Below are positions 21,601 through 30,369 of a DNA stretch of 64,000 nt, one piece after another (the first letter of the stretch is position 1; every line of letters begins with the position of its first letter). The translations under genes were made by a program, and so were the position numbers. Source of the stretch: Candidatus Eiseniibacteriota bacterium (GTDB taxonomy: Bacteria; Eisenbacteria; RBG-16-71-46; CAZAMP01); the NCBI GenBank assembly GCA_965224245.1, contig OZ245046.1:6387235-6451234 (forward strand). Direction: 5' to 3'. The notes under the pieces were generated by a model. It was given only the letters and a program-made list of their open reading frames with translations, was not told the origin of the DNA and ran no database searches.

Positions 21601-21917
21601 AGGGAGACCTCCTCTCGTCGCCGGACGCACCGGTCCCGGCGGCGTACGTGCTGTCTCCGCCGGGTCCAAACCCGCTCCGCAGCGGAACGTCGTTGACGTT
21701 CTCACTGCCCGAAGCGGACAAGGTAAGGCTGGTGATCTACGACACGAGTGGTCGCGCGGTGCGTACACTGGCGGACGGAACGTACGCGGCAGCCGTCCAT
21801 CGTGCGGCCTGGAACGTTTGCGACGACGGCGGCCGGCTCGTGGGACCGGGTGTCTATTACGCGCGGATCACGGCGGGGACGTACGAGGCTGAGCGTCGTC
21901 TCACGGTGATCCGATGA
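18636..21917 (+). CDS. LVIVD-repeat secreted protein with extra beta-sandwich domains and FlgD-Ig C-terminal domain
   Basis: AGGAGG RBS, signal peptide, about 14 SGDLAFVAD..GL.V.D.SDP..P repeats, DVPDDQGG...SGYSIDNLPP module, GPNPL...PGVYYARI tail. Confidence 0.92.
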   Translation: MLTLRMTIASSALAFVLTPLAQPASAASRTYSEDFTTKTYCDTLSTTAWWDTEAGELRLHAFAPSLVGIHDTPGSAYSVSVSGDHAFVADYTDGLHIIDVTDPANPALLGTYGTPHKAADVVVAADHAFVADALSGLQIIDITDPSSPTFAGAYDTPDLALGVTMDGAHVFVADGVTGLLVFDCSDPSNPVLLGLRDTAGSAWDVEVSGDLAFVADDVAGLVVMDVSDLTSPTILGTYDTPGAARDVAAAGDLAFVSDESGGLQVIDVSDPANPLLVGTVATPSNAVGVTVSGNLAYVADESDGLLVFDVGNPSNPVIVHSFDTPSVATGVAVSGDLAFVTDTTAGLHVVRIGHPRKPGLESIFTNGESIIDVSVSGDLAFVAAGLLGLQVIDITDPTAPVVIGSYVTPAPVDHVAISGDVAFLAEEDYSTYQYRLLVFDVADPSNPVLISSYAATDWINSLSAAGDLLLMQVSFSGVEILDVSDPANPVLVSIYNGNRGGGTTISGNRAYLGGNPFRTLDISDPSVPALIGSASLFGNAGFGVEVAGDLAYLANGIWGLAVVDISDPTAPATVSYTWTEEDASDIAVSGNLALVTDYNWGLHVFDITDPVNPVLTDVYDTPDRAWRVVVDGEFAFIADVTGGLHILRIYQNELDTINDTGRSLTVSGGAGAIPRARLSEVGTGTVSWEVSADAGASWTAFATPDAWTRIASPGVDLQWRSLLVLDGVNHPTVSELTVEWLNEFGPVVSITDVPDDQGGWVHLSFGRSGYDFADESSLPVATYQIYRRLDDESLRLRVRTGGHVIDPRSLERAPLSSFDPSAIRSLDDRLYVLGEEESARGGMPPGVWEVLTTVSALQQDEYVVAVPTLGDSSATGVDWSVNLVTTHTTTPSIWFACEPDSGYSIDNLPPGIPTGLALVGTDLSWDVAPESDFEYHSIYGSAEATFDPSATLIGYTVDPTYDVSSASYGYYHVTTTDHAGNEGEAASVEGDLLSSPDAPVPAAYVLSPPGPNPLRSGTSLTFSLPEADKVRLVIYDTSGRAVRTLADGTYAAAVHRAAWNVCDDGGRLVGPGVYYARITAGTYEAERRLTVIR

Positions 21918-22071
21918 GGCCGAAGCCAGCCCGACGATCGGGATGCCGGACACCGTTTGCCTGGCAGCAAACGCTCACTGCCACGAGTCGAGCTTCCCGC
22001 GTCACCGCCTGGGTAAGGCGGGGACCCTACGGCGGCAACTGACCTGGTGGTAGCCTCCAGGTGGTATCGGA

Positions 22072-22635
22072 TCAGTCGTCCGCCCGCACGACGGTGACCG
22101 AGTACGTCATCTCCGCCCGGCACGTGCTCCGCTGATCGATCACGAACGTGATCACGCCCACCTGTCGGTCCGCGTCGTACAGGTCGTACTCGCTCGTGCC
22201 CCATGGCATTCCGGGCATCGTCGCGTCGTGTACGACGTGCCTGCCCATTTCGAAGTCCGCCACGGAGTCCAGCTCCCGCATCGCGAGGCGGACCCGGAAC
22301 GAGATGCCTTCCCGGCGCTCGAGACGAAGGGTGACGTGCTGGCCGGGATCCCACGCGGTGTCGTCGCCGGCGGTGAAGCTGCCGTAGTCGGGGTCGAGGT
22401 AGACCCGGCCGTCGGCTCCATCGACCACCTCGGTCACGTAGAACTTGTAGGCGAACTCGCCGTCACCGGCGGTCCCCTCGTCGCAGTCGCGGATGATGGC
22501 GATCCGGTCGAGCGAGATCGTGACGTCGTCGAAGATCGGCTCGGCGGGTCCAGTGGGCTCGGTTGGGGAGCTCGAGTCGCTCCCGCAGCCGACGAGAAGC
22601 ACGAGCCCGAGCGGAACGAGACAACACAAACGCAT
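22072..22635 (-). CDS. Hypothetical lipoprotein
   Basis: GGAGG RBS. Lipobox LVG-C followed by GSDSSSPTEP linker. Beta-rich body (DCD...GDGEF). Confidence 0.8.
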   Translation of the reverse strand: MRLCCLVPLGLVLLVGCGSDSSSPTEPTGPAEPIFDDVTISLDRIAIIRDCDEGTAGDGEFAYKFYVTEVVDGADGRVYLDPDYGSFTAGDDTAWDPGQHVTLRLERREGISFRVRLAMRELDSVADFEMGRHVVHDATMPGMPWGTSEYDLYDADRQVGVITFVIDQRSTCRAEMTYSVTVVRADD

Positions 22636-22786
22636 GACGTCCTCCAGGAAGTGGATGAGAATCGACCCCGATCATCCGGAGAAGCGCAAGCCGGCTCCGG
22701 ATCACGCAACCGCCCCGCGGGGATGGACAATCGGCGCACGGATGGCGGTCGGGCAGTCGCCACGAGTCCGAGTGTGTAGCCTGTAG

Positions 22787-22800
22787 TGTCAATCTTGACA
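22787..22800. promoter_or_regulatory. TGTCAA-N2-TTGACA palindrome, operator-like
   Basis: Perfect inverted repeat in the intergenic region between divergent genes. Confidence 0.4.
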
Positions 22801-23183
22801 ACGATTTACGCGAGGTTTCCTCGTCCCGCGAGCTCCGCGACCCTGAGGCCCCGCAGGGTAGCCGTGTCCAGCACCGCCGCACCTCGACCTCGAGCTGCCA
22901 GCTCCGCCGGGCCGGACCAGTAACGCCATGGAGAGAGGTGCCCTGGAGCCGTTCTCCGGGCTCGGACGAGTCGCTCGACCCGACGCGCCAGAGGTTCGAC
23001 CGCTTCGTCGACATCGAGCCCGGTCGTCACGACGACCGACGTCGCTGCGGTCGAATCGAGCGCTCCTTCGAGTCCGTCCGGCTCGCTCCGAAGATCCCGT
23101 CACATTGCGACCACGCCTTCATCACGCCCTCCCGAAAGGCGTTATGTCCAGGTCCCCGAACGGGACTCGCGCATGCTCGTACA

Positions 23184-23198
23184 TGGCACGGCTCGTGC
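23184..23198 (+). promoter_or_regulatory. Candidate sigma54 (-24/-12) promoter
   Basis: TGGCACG-GCTC-GTGC has exact GG-N10-GC spacing and one mismatch to TGGCACG-N4-TTGC. About 135 nt upstream of the next CDS. Confidence 0.45.
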
Positions 23199-23333
23199 GT
23201 CTTTGCTGACTGTCATCGGCGCGCTCGCGCCGAGCCAGCCGCTTCGCCGGAGCGAAGCGATCCACGAGTCAACCCCGCCCGCGCCCCGCACGTGTCCGTC
23301 GTTTCCTCATCGAGAGGAAGGAAGGAGTCGGAG

Positions 23334-24425
23334 GTGAGCGCGTCAAACGTCACGAGTGAATGGAACGAGACGACCGGCAGTCGAAGCCCGCACGCGGCGA
23401 TGGAGCTCCGGACTCCGCGTCGCGGAACGGGAGCGCTGATTCGCTGTGCATTAGGACTCGCCATGCTGGGTGTCTTCTGCTCGTCAGGGGTGGCCCAGGT
23501 GTTCGAGAACAATGGCACGACATCCGAGTACGACAACGACGGCGGCTGGTTCGGCTGGTCGCAATACAACGTCACGGCATCCTGGACGGTCATCGTGGAC
23601 GCCCGTCCGTCCGAGACCCAGCACTATCTCGTCACGCTGTGGGAAGACGACGTCGACTGGGACGATGAGCTTGGACGGAAGATCGCGTGCATCGAGCCCG
23701 CGCAGTGGGTCGAGCGAGGGGATGGCCGCTTCCAGGTCACGATCCAGAAGACCTGGAATCGGATCAGCACGTACTACGGGGACGACTGGATCTCGACGAT
23801 CGAGAGCGTCAGCGAGCGACGCGCGCTGGCAGGCGTGTGCGAGGGGCCGTCATGCGGAGCGATCAGCACGACCTTCGAGCAGTGGACCGAGTTCGATCCG
23901 CTGGAGCAGGTCATTCGTCTGGAGGAGTCGGCGTGCACGATCGTGGAGTTCCGCTATGGCGAGCATCACAGTGACTTTCGAGAGGACCCCATCCTCCCGG
24001 GCGAATCGCGTCTCGTGCGCTACGATCCTCAGGGTGGGTTGCAGCCGTTCGAGATCACGTTCGAGGGTGGCCGAGTCGAGGCCGGGACGCTGATCGGAAT
24101 GGTCGATCCGGATGCTCTCGCTGCCGATGCACCGCCCGGTGGGGCCGTGATCCACGTGAGCATGACACCGCATCCGTTCGCCGCGGGCAACGCCCGGTTC
24201 CGGCTGTCGCTGCCGGAGGCAGCGGTGGTCAGTCTCAGAATCCATGGAGTCGATGGACGGCTCGTCCGCACGCTCCTTCGCGACGAGAGCCTCGATGCCG
24301 GCCTCCACCCGATCGGCTGGGACGGCCGCGACGATTCAGGACGCAGGGTCGCCAGTGGCGTTTATCAGTACGTTCTCGATACTCCGGCGGGTATCCGCTC
24401 GGACGGCCTCGTCGTGACCCACTGA
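23334..24425 (+). CDS. Secreted hypothetical protein with FlgD-Ig C-terminal domain
   Basis: GTG 23334 after AAGGAG (alternative ATG 23400). Hydrophobic signal LGLAMLGVFCSSGVAQ. TPHPF...IHGVDGRLVRTL...WDGRDDSG...SGVYQY tail. Confidence 0.8.
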   Translation: MSASNVTSEWNETTGSRSPHAAMELRTPRRGTGALIRCALGLAMLGVFCSSGVAQVFENNGTTSEYDNDGGWFGWSQYNVTASWTVIVDARPSETQHYLVTLWEDDVDWDDELGRKIACIEPAQWVERGDGRFQVTIQKTWNRISTYYGDDWISTIESVSERRALAGVCEGPSCGAISTTFEQWTEFDPLEQVIRLEESACTIVEFRYGEHHSDFREDPILPGESRLVRYDPQGGLQPFEITFEGGRVEAGTLIGMVDPDALAADAPPGGAVIHVSMTPHPFAAGNARFRLSLPEAAVVSLRIHGVDGRLVRTLLRDESLDAGLHPIGWDGRDDSGRRVASGVYQYVLDTPAGIRSDGLVVTH

Positions 24426-24619
24426 TCTCGCCAGACATGCGACCAGAGGACCGGAGCGATCGGACCCGGCGGGGGAGGAGGCACCACCGGCGCGCTGCTC
24501 GGCCGAGCGGCCCGCCGGTTCCCGTTTCCGAGACCCTGTTGCCTGCGCTGAGTAACTGCCAGGAGGTCGCCGTGCTACACTCGCGACCCTGTTACATCGC
24601 ACCCAGGAGAACGTCCATC

Positions 24620-25354
24620 ATGCGCATCCGTCTCTCGGTTCTGACCGGCGTCTCGGCCCTGACGGTCCTCTCGGCTCTGAGCACGCCCGCCTTCGCACAG
24701 TTCCTGTTCCGGGCCGACTTCGAGGACGGTGTCGTCGGCATGGCGCCTCCCTCGTCGCCGGCCGGGGAGCCCGTCGGCGATACGATCGTCGTCCGTGACT
24801 CGGCGCCGGGGTCGATCACGGTTGCCGACGGCATCGCCGGGATGAGTGGCAACGCCGTGCTCATGGACCGTTCGGTGGGCACCGGGACTTTCGCCGTCGA
24901 CTGTCTTCCCGCACCCGAAGCGGGCGAGGCGAGGGTGTTCGAGCTGCGCTGGCGGTCGGTGGCCCTGACTCAGCAGTTCCTGCTGAGCGTGACCATCCGG
25001 GCGGGTGCGTATCTGATGGGCTCCGTCCAGTTTCGCCGCGAGGGCGAGATCACCTTCGGCTCCGCGGACAACACCCTCGACGTGACCTGGCAGCAGGGCA
25101 TCCCGCAGGAGTTCGTGCTCGCCGTCGATCTCGACAAGGAGCTGACGCTGCTCTATGTCGACGGCGTCCAGATCCCGCTCCCCTTCTCGCTCTCCGCCGC
25201 GCCGGAACCGATCGATCGGATCGGGTTCGAGATGGGTGGCCAGGGCCTCGACGACTTCGCCTTCGATGACGTCGAGCTCGAGATCGTCGATGCGATCGTG
25301 CCGGCTCGACCCTCCACCTGGGGCGCGCTGAAGGAGCGCTACGATCCTCGCTGA
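24620..25354 (+). CDS. Secreted jelly-roll/CBM-like protein with C-terminal TWGxLKxxY tag
   Basis: AGGAG RBS, signal peptide ending AFA-Q, LFRADFEDG start, LYVDG and FDDV motifs of a ConA-like sandwich. Ends IVPARPSTWGALKERYDPR. Confidence 0.8.
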   Translation: MRIRLSVLTGVSALTVLSALSTPAFAQFLFRADFEDGVVGMAPPSSPAGEPVGDTIVVRDSAPGSITVADGIAGMSGNAVLMDRSVGTGTFAVDCLPAPEAGEARVFELRWRSVALTQQFLLSVTIRAGAYLMGSVQFRREGEITFGSADNTLDVTWQQGIPQEFVLAVDLDKELTLLYVDGVQIPLPFSLSAAPEPIDRIGFEMGGQGLDDFAFDDVELEIVDAIVPARPSTWGALKERYDPR

Positions 25355-25753
25355 CGTCCTCTGAACTCGACACGATGCCCAGCAACGGGATGAGCTGCTG
25401 GGCACTCGCTCGTGTCGAATCGCCGGTCGGACCCGGGCTATACGACTGCAACCATGGGGCGTTCCGGCAGTGACGGGCACGGTCGTCCGCACCGTGAGCT
25501 CGCAACCGACAGCTCGATGACATCGCGGGGCTCCGGAAGCTCCTTCGCGGTGTCATTGGCGCCGGAGAACGTGATTCCCCGAGCGCAGGTATTTTTCGCG
25601 CCCGAGGGCAATCAGCTGGGCGAGAGGACTTGGCGAGTCGTTCGACTCCGCCGGCCGGGCGGTGTTGATGAACTGGCGCGGCGAGATCTGCATCCGCCCG
25701 GAAGGGGCTCGGAGCCGCTCTTGCCGATCGTCGAGAGTGAAATGGAGTGCACG

Positions 25754-28435
25754 ATGTGCCCGGCTGCCCGGTTCCGCCGACTTGCGATTCTCGTGGCAAC
25801 TCTCCTCCCAGGCTCGGTCAGCGTCGTCGCAAGTGCCCCGCCGTCGCTCACGGAGACTCGGTTCCTGCCCGGCGATGACACGCCAGCGGCGGCCATCGGC
25901 ATGCAGAGCAACCCCCAGATCTGTGCGGGCGACGAATCCTATCTCGCGGTGTGGGTGGACAGCCGGGCGTCGATCACCCACATCGGCACCTTCTCGGGTG
26001 GACCCACGTACGACGAACACACCGGAAGCATGTGGGACATCTACGCGGTGCGGTTGAACGCAAACGGAGACCCGATCGACTCGACACCGATCATCGTCGC
26101 ACAGCAGGTGATGAACCAGGGTATTCCCGACGTGGCATGGAACGGCGAGAACTGGCTCGTGATCTGGACCGGACAGGTCGGTCTCCAGTGCTGCGCCAAC
26201 GAGGATCGGTATGCGGCTCGCGTGTCACCGGACGGCGTGGTGCTCGACGAGACGCCGATCGCGATCGCGAGATACCCGGAGGCGGAGGCATTGTGGCCGG
26301 CGGCGGTCGGGAGTGACGGAACGAACTGGCTCGTGGTCTGGATGACCCGTGGCACGTCGACGTCGTTCCGCGTGAATGCGACGCGGGTTGCGCCGGACGG
26401 CACCGTCCTCGACCCCGGCGGTGTCGAGATCGCGGCCGGCAGCTCTCCCGGAGACTTCGACGTAGCGTTCGCCGGGGGCGAGTACTTCGTCACGTGGTCG
26501 AGCGGGGGCATGACCAGCGGCGGCGACATCCTCGGACAGCGTTTGCAGCCAGACCTGACGCGAATTGGTGGCCCGATTCGCGTCAATCTCTACACGCCGT
26601 CGCTCGGCTGGAACGGTCGGGTGGCCACCGACGGCACGGACTACTTCGTCACGTGGTGGGAGCATCGGTACGACTACTACTCGGCGCTGGTCGGCGCGCG
26701 TGTTACCCATGACGGCACCGTTCTCGATCCGGACGGTCTCTTTCTCACCGAAGCTTACGGCACGCAGAACTACTTTCCCTCGGTCACCTTCGATGGTGTG
26801 AACTACGTCGTCGTCTACGACCGGAGCGACCGTGATCTCTACGCGACCCGCGTCACGCCGGCCGGCGTGATCCTCGACTACGACATCGATGCAATCCCGG
26901 TCTCCTCGGCCCCCGAGCCACAGTGGATGTCGGCTGTCGATCGCCTGCCCGGCATGGATCGCTCGCTGGCGATCTGGAGAGACGATCGCCACAGCCCGTC
27001 GGTGTTTGCGTCGATCGGTGACATCTTCGCCGCGACGATCGAAGCGGATGGCTCCGTGGGATCGGAGCACTGCGTCGCCCTCGGTGCGCCGCGTCAGACG
27101 CTGTTACGACTGATCCCGAATGACACCGGACATCTCGCCGTGTATCGGAGTGAGACCTCGAGTGAAACCCGGATCCTGGCCCAGCGCCTCGACGCCGGAG
27201 GAACCGCGATCGACGCCGAGCCGGTGGTCGTTGTCGCCGGCGGCGCCGGCATCTCCAGCCCGGCTGCCGCGTGGAACGGATCGGTGCACCTCGTGGTCTG
27301 GGAGGACGGCGCCATCAACCAGGCTTTCGGGCGTCGCTTCACCGCCGATCTCACCCCCCTCGACGTGCTGCCGATCAGCATCATGCCCGGCAACATGACC
27401 GACGTGGCCGCGCTCGACGATCTCTTCCTGGTCGTCACGTCGTGGGAGGAGCCGCACGAGGTGCGCGGCGGCTACGGCGTGCGCGTTCGTGGATCCGACG
27501 GGGCCGTCCTCGACGCGACCCCCAGGCTCTTCTCCAGCGGATACACAGTCCATCCGCGCGTGGCTACACTCGGTGATCGGTGGATCACCGTGTGGGAGAG
27601 CCACGCGACACACGACACCCCTAGCTCGACCGCCAAGGGCAACTTCGTCGATCAAACGGGCGCGCCGGGAGCTTGGTTCTACGTCGATCTCGACGCCAGG
27701 AAGCCGGTCGTAGCCGGTAGCGGTGATCAGGCTCTCCTCGTGGTGGATGGTCGCAACTGGCCCCTCAACCAGGATGTCTACGCCCGCCGCATCCTTTCCG
27801 ATGGAACGCTCCTCGACGACTACCGCGAGATCGTCGTGGCCGAGGTGGCCGAGGAACAGTTCGACACCGCGGTGGCGTGGGACGGAAGCGAGTTCGTCAC
27901 CACGTTCAGCGATTTCCGCGACGACACGTTTCGTAGCGATCTCTACGGAGCGCGTGTCGGCGGGGACGGAGCGGTTCTCGACCCCGGGGGCTTCGTGGTG
28001 GTGAACGACAGCATTCCCGAGATGTTCTCGGCGGTGACCGGCTCCGGCGGGGAGTTCGTGATCGGAGGATCGATCTTCCGGCCGGACGACGGATACGCGA
28101 ACTACCGGATTGCCGTACGAAGCTCGTCACCGGTCGTGGGAACTCCGGGCGTGGGGGACGACATCCGGCCGCCGTTGCTGACCTTGACTCGGAATCCCAC
28201 GCCGGGACCGATGTCGATCGTGCTCACCCCGAGCAACTCGGCTCCCGTGACGGTGAGCGTCTTCGATGCAGCCGGACGCCTCGTGTACACGCTGTTCGAG
28301 GGGCGTGCGCACGGGGTGCTGCGCCTCACCTGGGACGGGCGCGACGCGCGGGGACGAGAGGTTGCCCCGGGGACGTACTTCGTGCGGGCGGCGACGCCAG
28401 CCTCGGAGTCCGTGGTGCGGGCCGTTCGCCTGTGA
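25754..28435 (+). CDS. Secreted repeat (probable beta-propeller) protein with FlgD-Ig C-terminal domain
   Basis: Signal peptide, about 14 units of P.VA..G..YLVVW...DIYA.RV..DG.VLD, TRNPT...FDAAGRLV...WDGRD...PGTYFVR tail. Confidence 0.85.
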   Translation: MCPAARFRRLAILVATLLPGSVSVVASAPPSLTETRFLPGDDTPAAAIGMQSNPQICAGDESYLAVWVDSRASITHIGTFSGGPTYDEHTGSMWDIYAVRLNANGDPIDSTPIIVAQQVMNQGIPDVAWNGENWLVIWTGQVGLQCCANEDRYAARVSPDGVVLDETPIAIARYPEAEALWPAAVGSDGTNWLVVWMTRGTSTSFRVNATRVAPDGTVLDPGGVEIAAGSSPGDFDVAFAGGEYFVTWSSGGMTSGGDILGQRLQPDLTRIGGPIRVNLYTPSLGWNGRVATDGTDYFVTWWEHRYDYYSALVGARVTHDGTVLDPDGLFLTEAYGTQNYFPSVTFDGVNYVVVYDRSDRDLYATRVTPAGVILDYDIDAIPVSSAPEPQWMSAVDRLPGMDRSLAIWRDDRHSPSVFASIGDIFAATIEADGSVGSEHCVALGAPRQTLLRLIPNDTGHLAVYRSETSSETRILAQRLDAGGTAIDAEPVVVVAGGAGISSPAAAWNGSVHLVVWEDGAINQAFGRRFTADLTPLDVLPISIMPGNMTDVAALDDLFLVVTSWEEPHEVRGGYGVRVRGSDGAVLDATPRLFSSGYTVHPRVATLGDRWITVWESHATHDTPSSTAKGNFVDQTGAPGAWFYVDLDARKPVVAGSGDQALLVVDGRNWPLNQDVYARRILSDGTLLDDYREIVVAEVAEEQFDTAVAWDGSEFVTTFSDFRDDTFRSDLYGARVGGDGAVLDPGGFVVVNDSIPEMFSAVTGSGGEFVIGGSIFRPDDGYANYRIAVRSSSPVVGTPGVGDDIRPPLLTLTRNPTPGPMSIVLTPSNSAPVTVSVFDAAGRLVYTLFEGRAHGVLRLTWDGRDARGREVAPGTYFVRAATPASESVVRAVRL

Positions 28436-28687
28436 ACCGGGGATCCGGATCCGAGCCGCCTCGGGTCAGGGAAACGACGATCGCAGGCTTGGGCGGGCCC
28501 CAGCGTGGAATGGATGTCGGCGGTGACGGCAACCGAGCCGTCAAGAGCGTAACGTCAACTGAAGCAACGCCTAAGCGTTCTCGGGGATGGACGACGACTC
28601 AGGAATGCGAGCATCGGGTGTATCTTTCGCCCGTTACCCGAAACCACATGTCAGGACCATGGACGGTCGAGGGTTTTTTTCTGATAC

Positions 28688-28707
28688 TTTTCAGGATTTC
28701 CTGAAAA
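28688..28707. promoter_or_regulatory. TTTTCAGGA-TT-TCCTGAAAA palindrome, operator-like
   Basis: Perfect 9-bp inverted repeat in an AT-rich patch about 190 nt upstream of the 28901 gene pair. Confidence 0.5.
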
Positions 28708-28900
28708 TGGGCCCCTGACACCCATCCCGACCGGATGTCGGCCGGCGGAGCTGGCATCGGAGACCCGTTACGGACGTTCGATGGCCTCCTGTCCGATCGT
28801 CGCGGACCGAGACCATCTTCCAGATCCCTGCACGACGAGTGGGAGGCCCGCACGCCGCATCCAGCCCCCGAGCGGCGCGCATCCACACGAGGAGAGGACG

Positions 28901-30331
28901 ATGAGGCGAGAGAGATCCCTGCGACGAGGCGCCGTCTGGATGGTCGCGATGCTGGCGGCGCCCCCCTCGTTCGCCGCGGAGCCGTGCGCGGACTGGGAGC
29001 TGGTCGACACACCGAATCCCGGCACGACGTTCAACTTCATCAACGGCGTCGCGCGGCTGGGCGCCGGGGATGCTCTGGCCATGGGGCGAGACGGCCAGGG
29101 AGCGTTCGCGTTGAGGTGGAACCGGACGACATGGTCCGAGATCGCGATTCCCTCCACGGCCGAGGTCGGCGGTACGTACATCGTCGAGGGTTGTGGAAGC
29201 ACCCCCGCCGGCGACGTGTGGGCGGTCGGAGCTGTGTTCCTGAGCTCGTTCGATTCTGCCCCACTGGCCATGCGTCACGACGGCACGGACTGGGATCTCG
29301 TCGAGGTCGTCTCGCTAGATGGTGCACGCACCGGCGGCGCCGTGGCCGTTCATGCGCTCGCCGACGACGATGCGTGGGCGGTCGGTGCGAAAGGTGGGGA
29401 TGGTGGCGGTGTCGGCGGGAGTCCCGTTCTCGCCATGCACTGGGACGGTTCCTCGTGGACCGAGTTCCCGGCCCCGGCCGTCGGTGATCGCCAGAACCAC
29501 CTCGAGTCAGTCTCGATGGTCGCGACCGACGACGTGTGGGCGGTGGGGGATCACCAGAACATCGTCCAGTCGCCACTCGGCTTCCACGCCACGACGCTTC
29601 ACTGGGATGGCTCCACATGGAGCGAGATCGTGAACCCGGGTTACTCCATCGCGGAGGGGACCCACCTCATGAGCGTGGCGGCCGTCGCGACCGACGACGT
29701 GTGGGCCGCGGGCTACGGTCCCGACGGAGTGCTGTTCATGCACTGGGATGGTTCGGGCTGGTCGATCGTCCCCGCCCCCGCCACCTCGAGCAGCTTCGGT
29801 GGCGGCCTGACCGTGCTCGCACCCCACGACATCTGGGCTACGACCGGCCGGGAGTTTCTGCACTGGAACGGCGCGGACTGGCAGGTCGTGCTCCCGGCCG
29901 AAGTGCCCGGAGCCTCCGGCATTGCCCTTGGCCAGCTCGCACGGATCGGCGCGTGCGAGCTGTGGGCGGCCGGGAGCTACCAGCCCGAGGGTGCACCGTA
30001 CGCACGCACGCTCGCGCAGCACTTCCAGGCGGGCGTCGTCTCGGTGCCCGGGACCGTGACCGCACCGTCGATCATCTCCGGGCTGATCGCCCGCCCCAAC
30101 CCGCTCCGGGCGCGTGCCGTCATCGGCTTCGATCTGACCGAGAACGCAGTGGTCAGCATGAACGTGTTCGACGCGAGCGGGAGGCAGGTTCTGACGCGTG
30201 CGGGCCGACGCCATCCGGCCGGCACTCATGCGGTCGAGCTCGATGCCACCGGTCTGGCATCAGGAACCTACTTCGTGCGTGTCGAGGCCGGCGCGGAGTC
30301 CATGGCGATGCCGATATCGGTGCATCGCTGA
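28901..30331 (+). CDS. Secreted beta-propeller (DVWAVG/HWDG repeats) with C-terminal sorting domain
   Basis: GGAGAGG RBS, signal peptide, about 7 repeats of D(V/A)WAVG...HW(D/N)G..W, RPNPL...FDASGRQV...LASGTYFVRV tail. Confidence 0.88.
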   Translation: MRRERSLRRGAVWMVAMLAAPPSFAAEPCADWELVDTPNPGTTFNFINGVARLGAGDALAMGRDGQGAFALRWNRTTWSEIAIPSTAEVGGTYIVEGCGSTPAGDVWAVGAVFLSSFDSAPLAMRHDGTDWDLVEVVSLDGARTGGAVAVHALADDDAWAVGAKGGDGGGVGGSPVLAMHWDGSSWTEFPAPAVGDRQNHLESVSMVATDDVWAVGDHQNIVQSPLGFHATTLHWDGSTWSEIVNPGYSIAEGTHLMSVAAVATDDVWAAGYGPDGVLFMHWDGSGWSIVPAPATSSSFGGGLTVLAPHDIWATTGREFLHWNGADWQVVLPAEVPGASGIALGQLARIGACELWAAGSYQPEGAPYARTLAQHFQAGVVSVPGTVTAPSIISGLIARPNPLRARAVIGFDLTENAVVSMNVFDASGRQVLTRAGRRHPAGTHAVELDATGLASGTYFVRVEAGAESMAMPISVHR

Positions 30332-30369
30332 TCCATGATCGGCGGGTGAGCACGGTGAGGAGGTGAGGA

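Noticed and set aside
22000-22062. Short hairpins between convergent genes as intrinsic terminators
   Set aside because: Stems of only 5-7 bp with no U-tract, expected by chance at this GC content.
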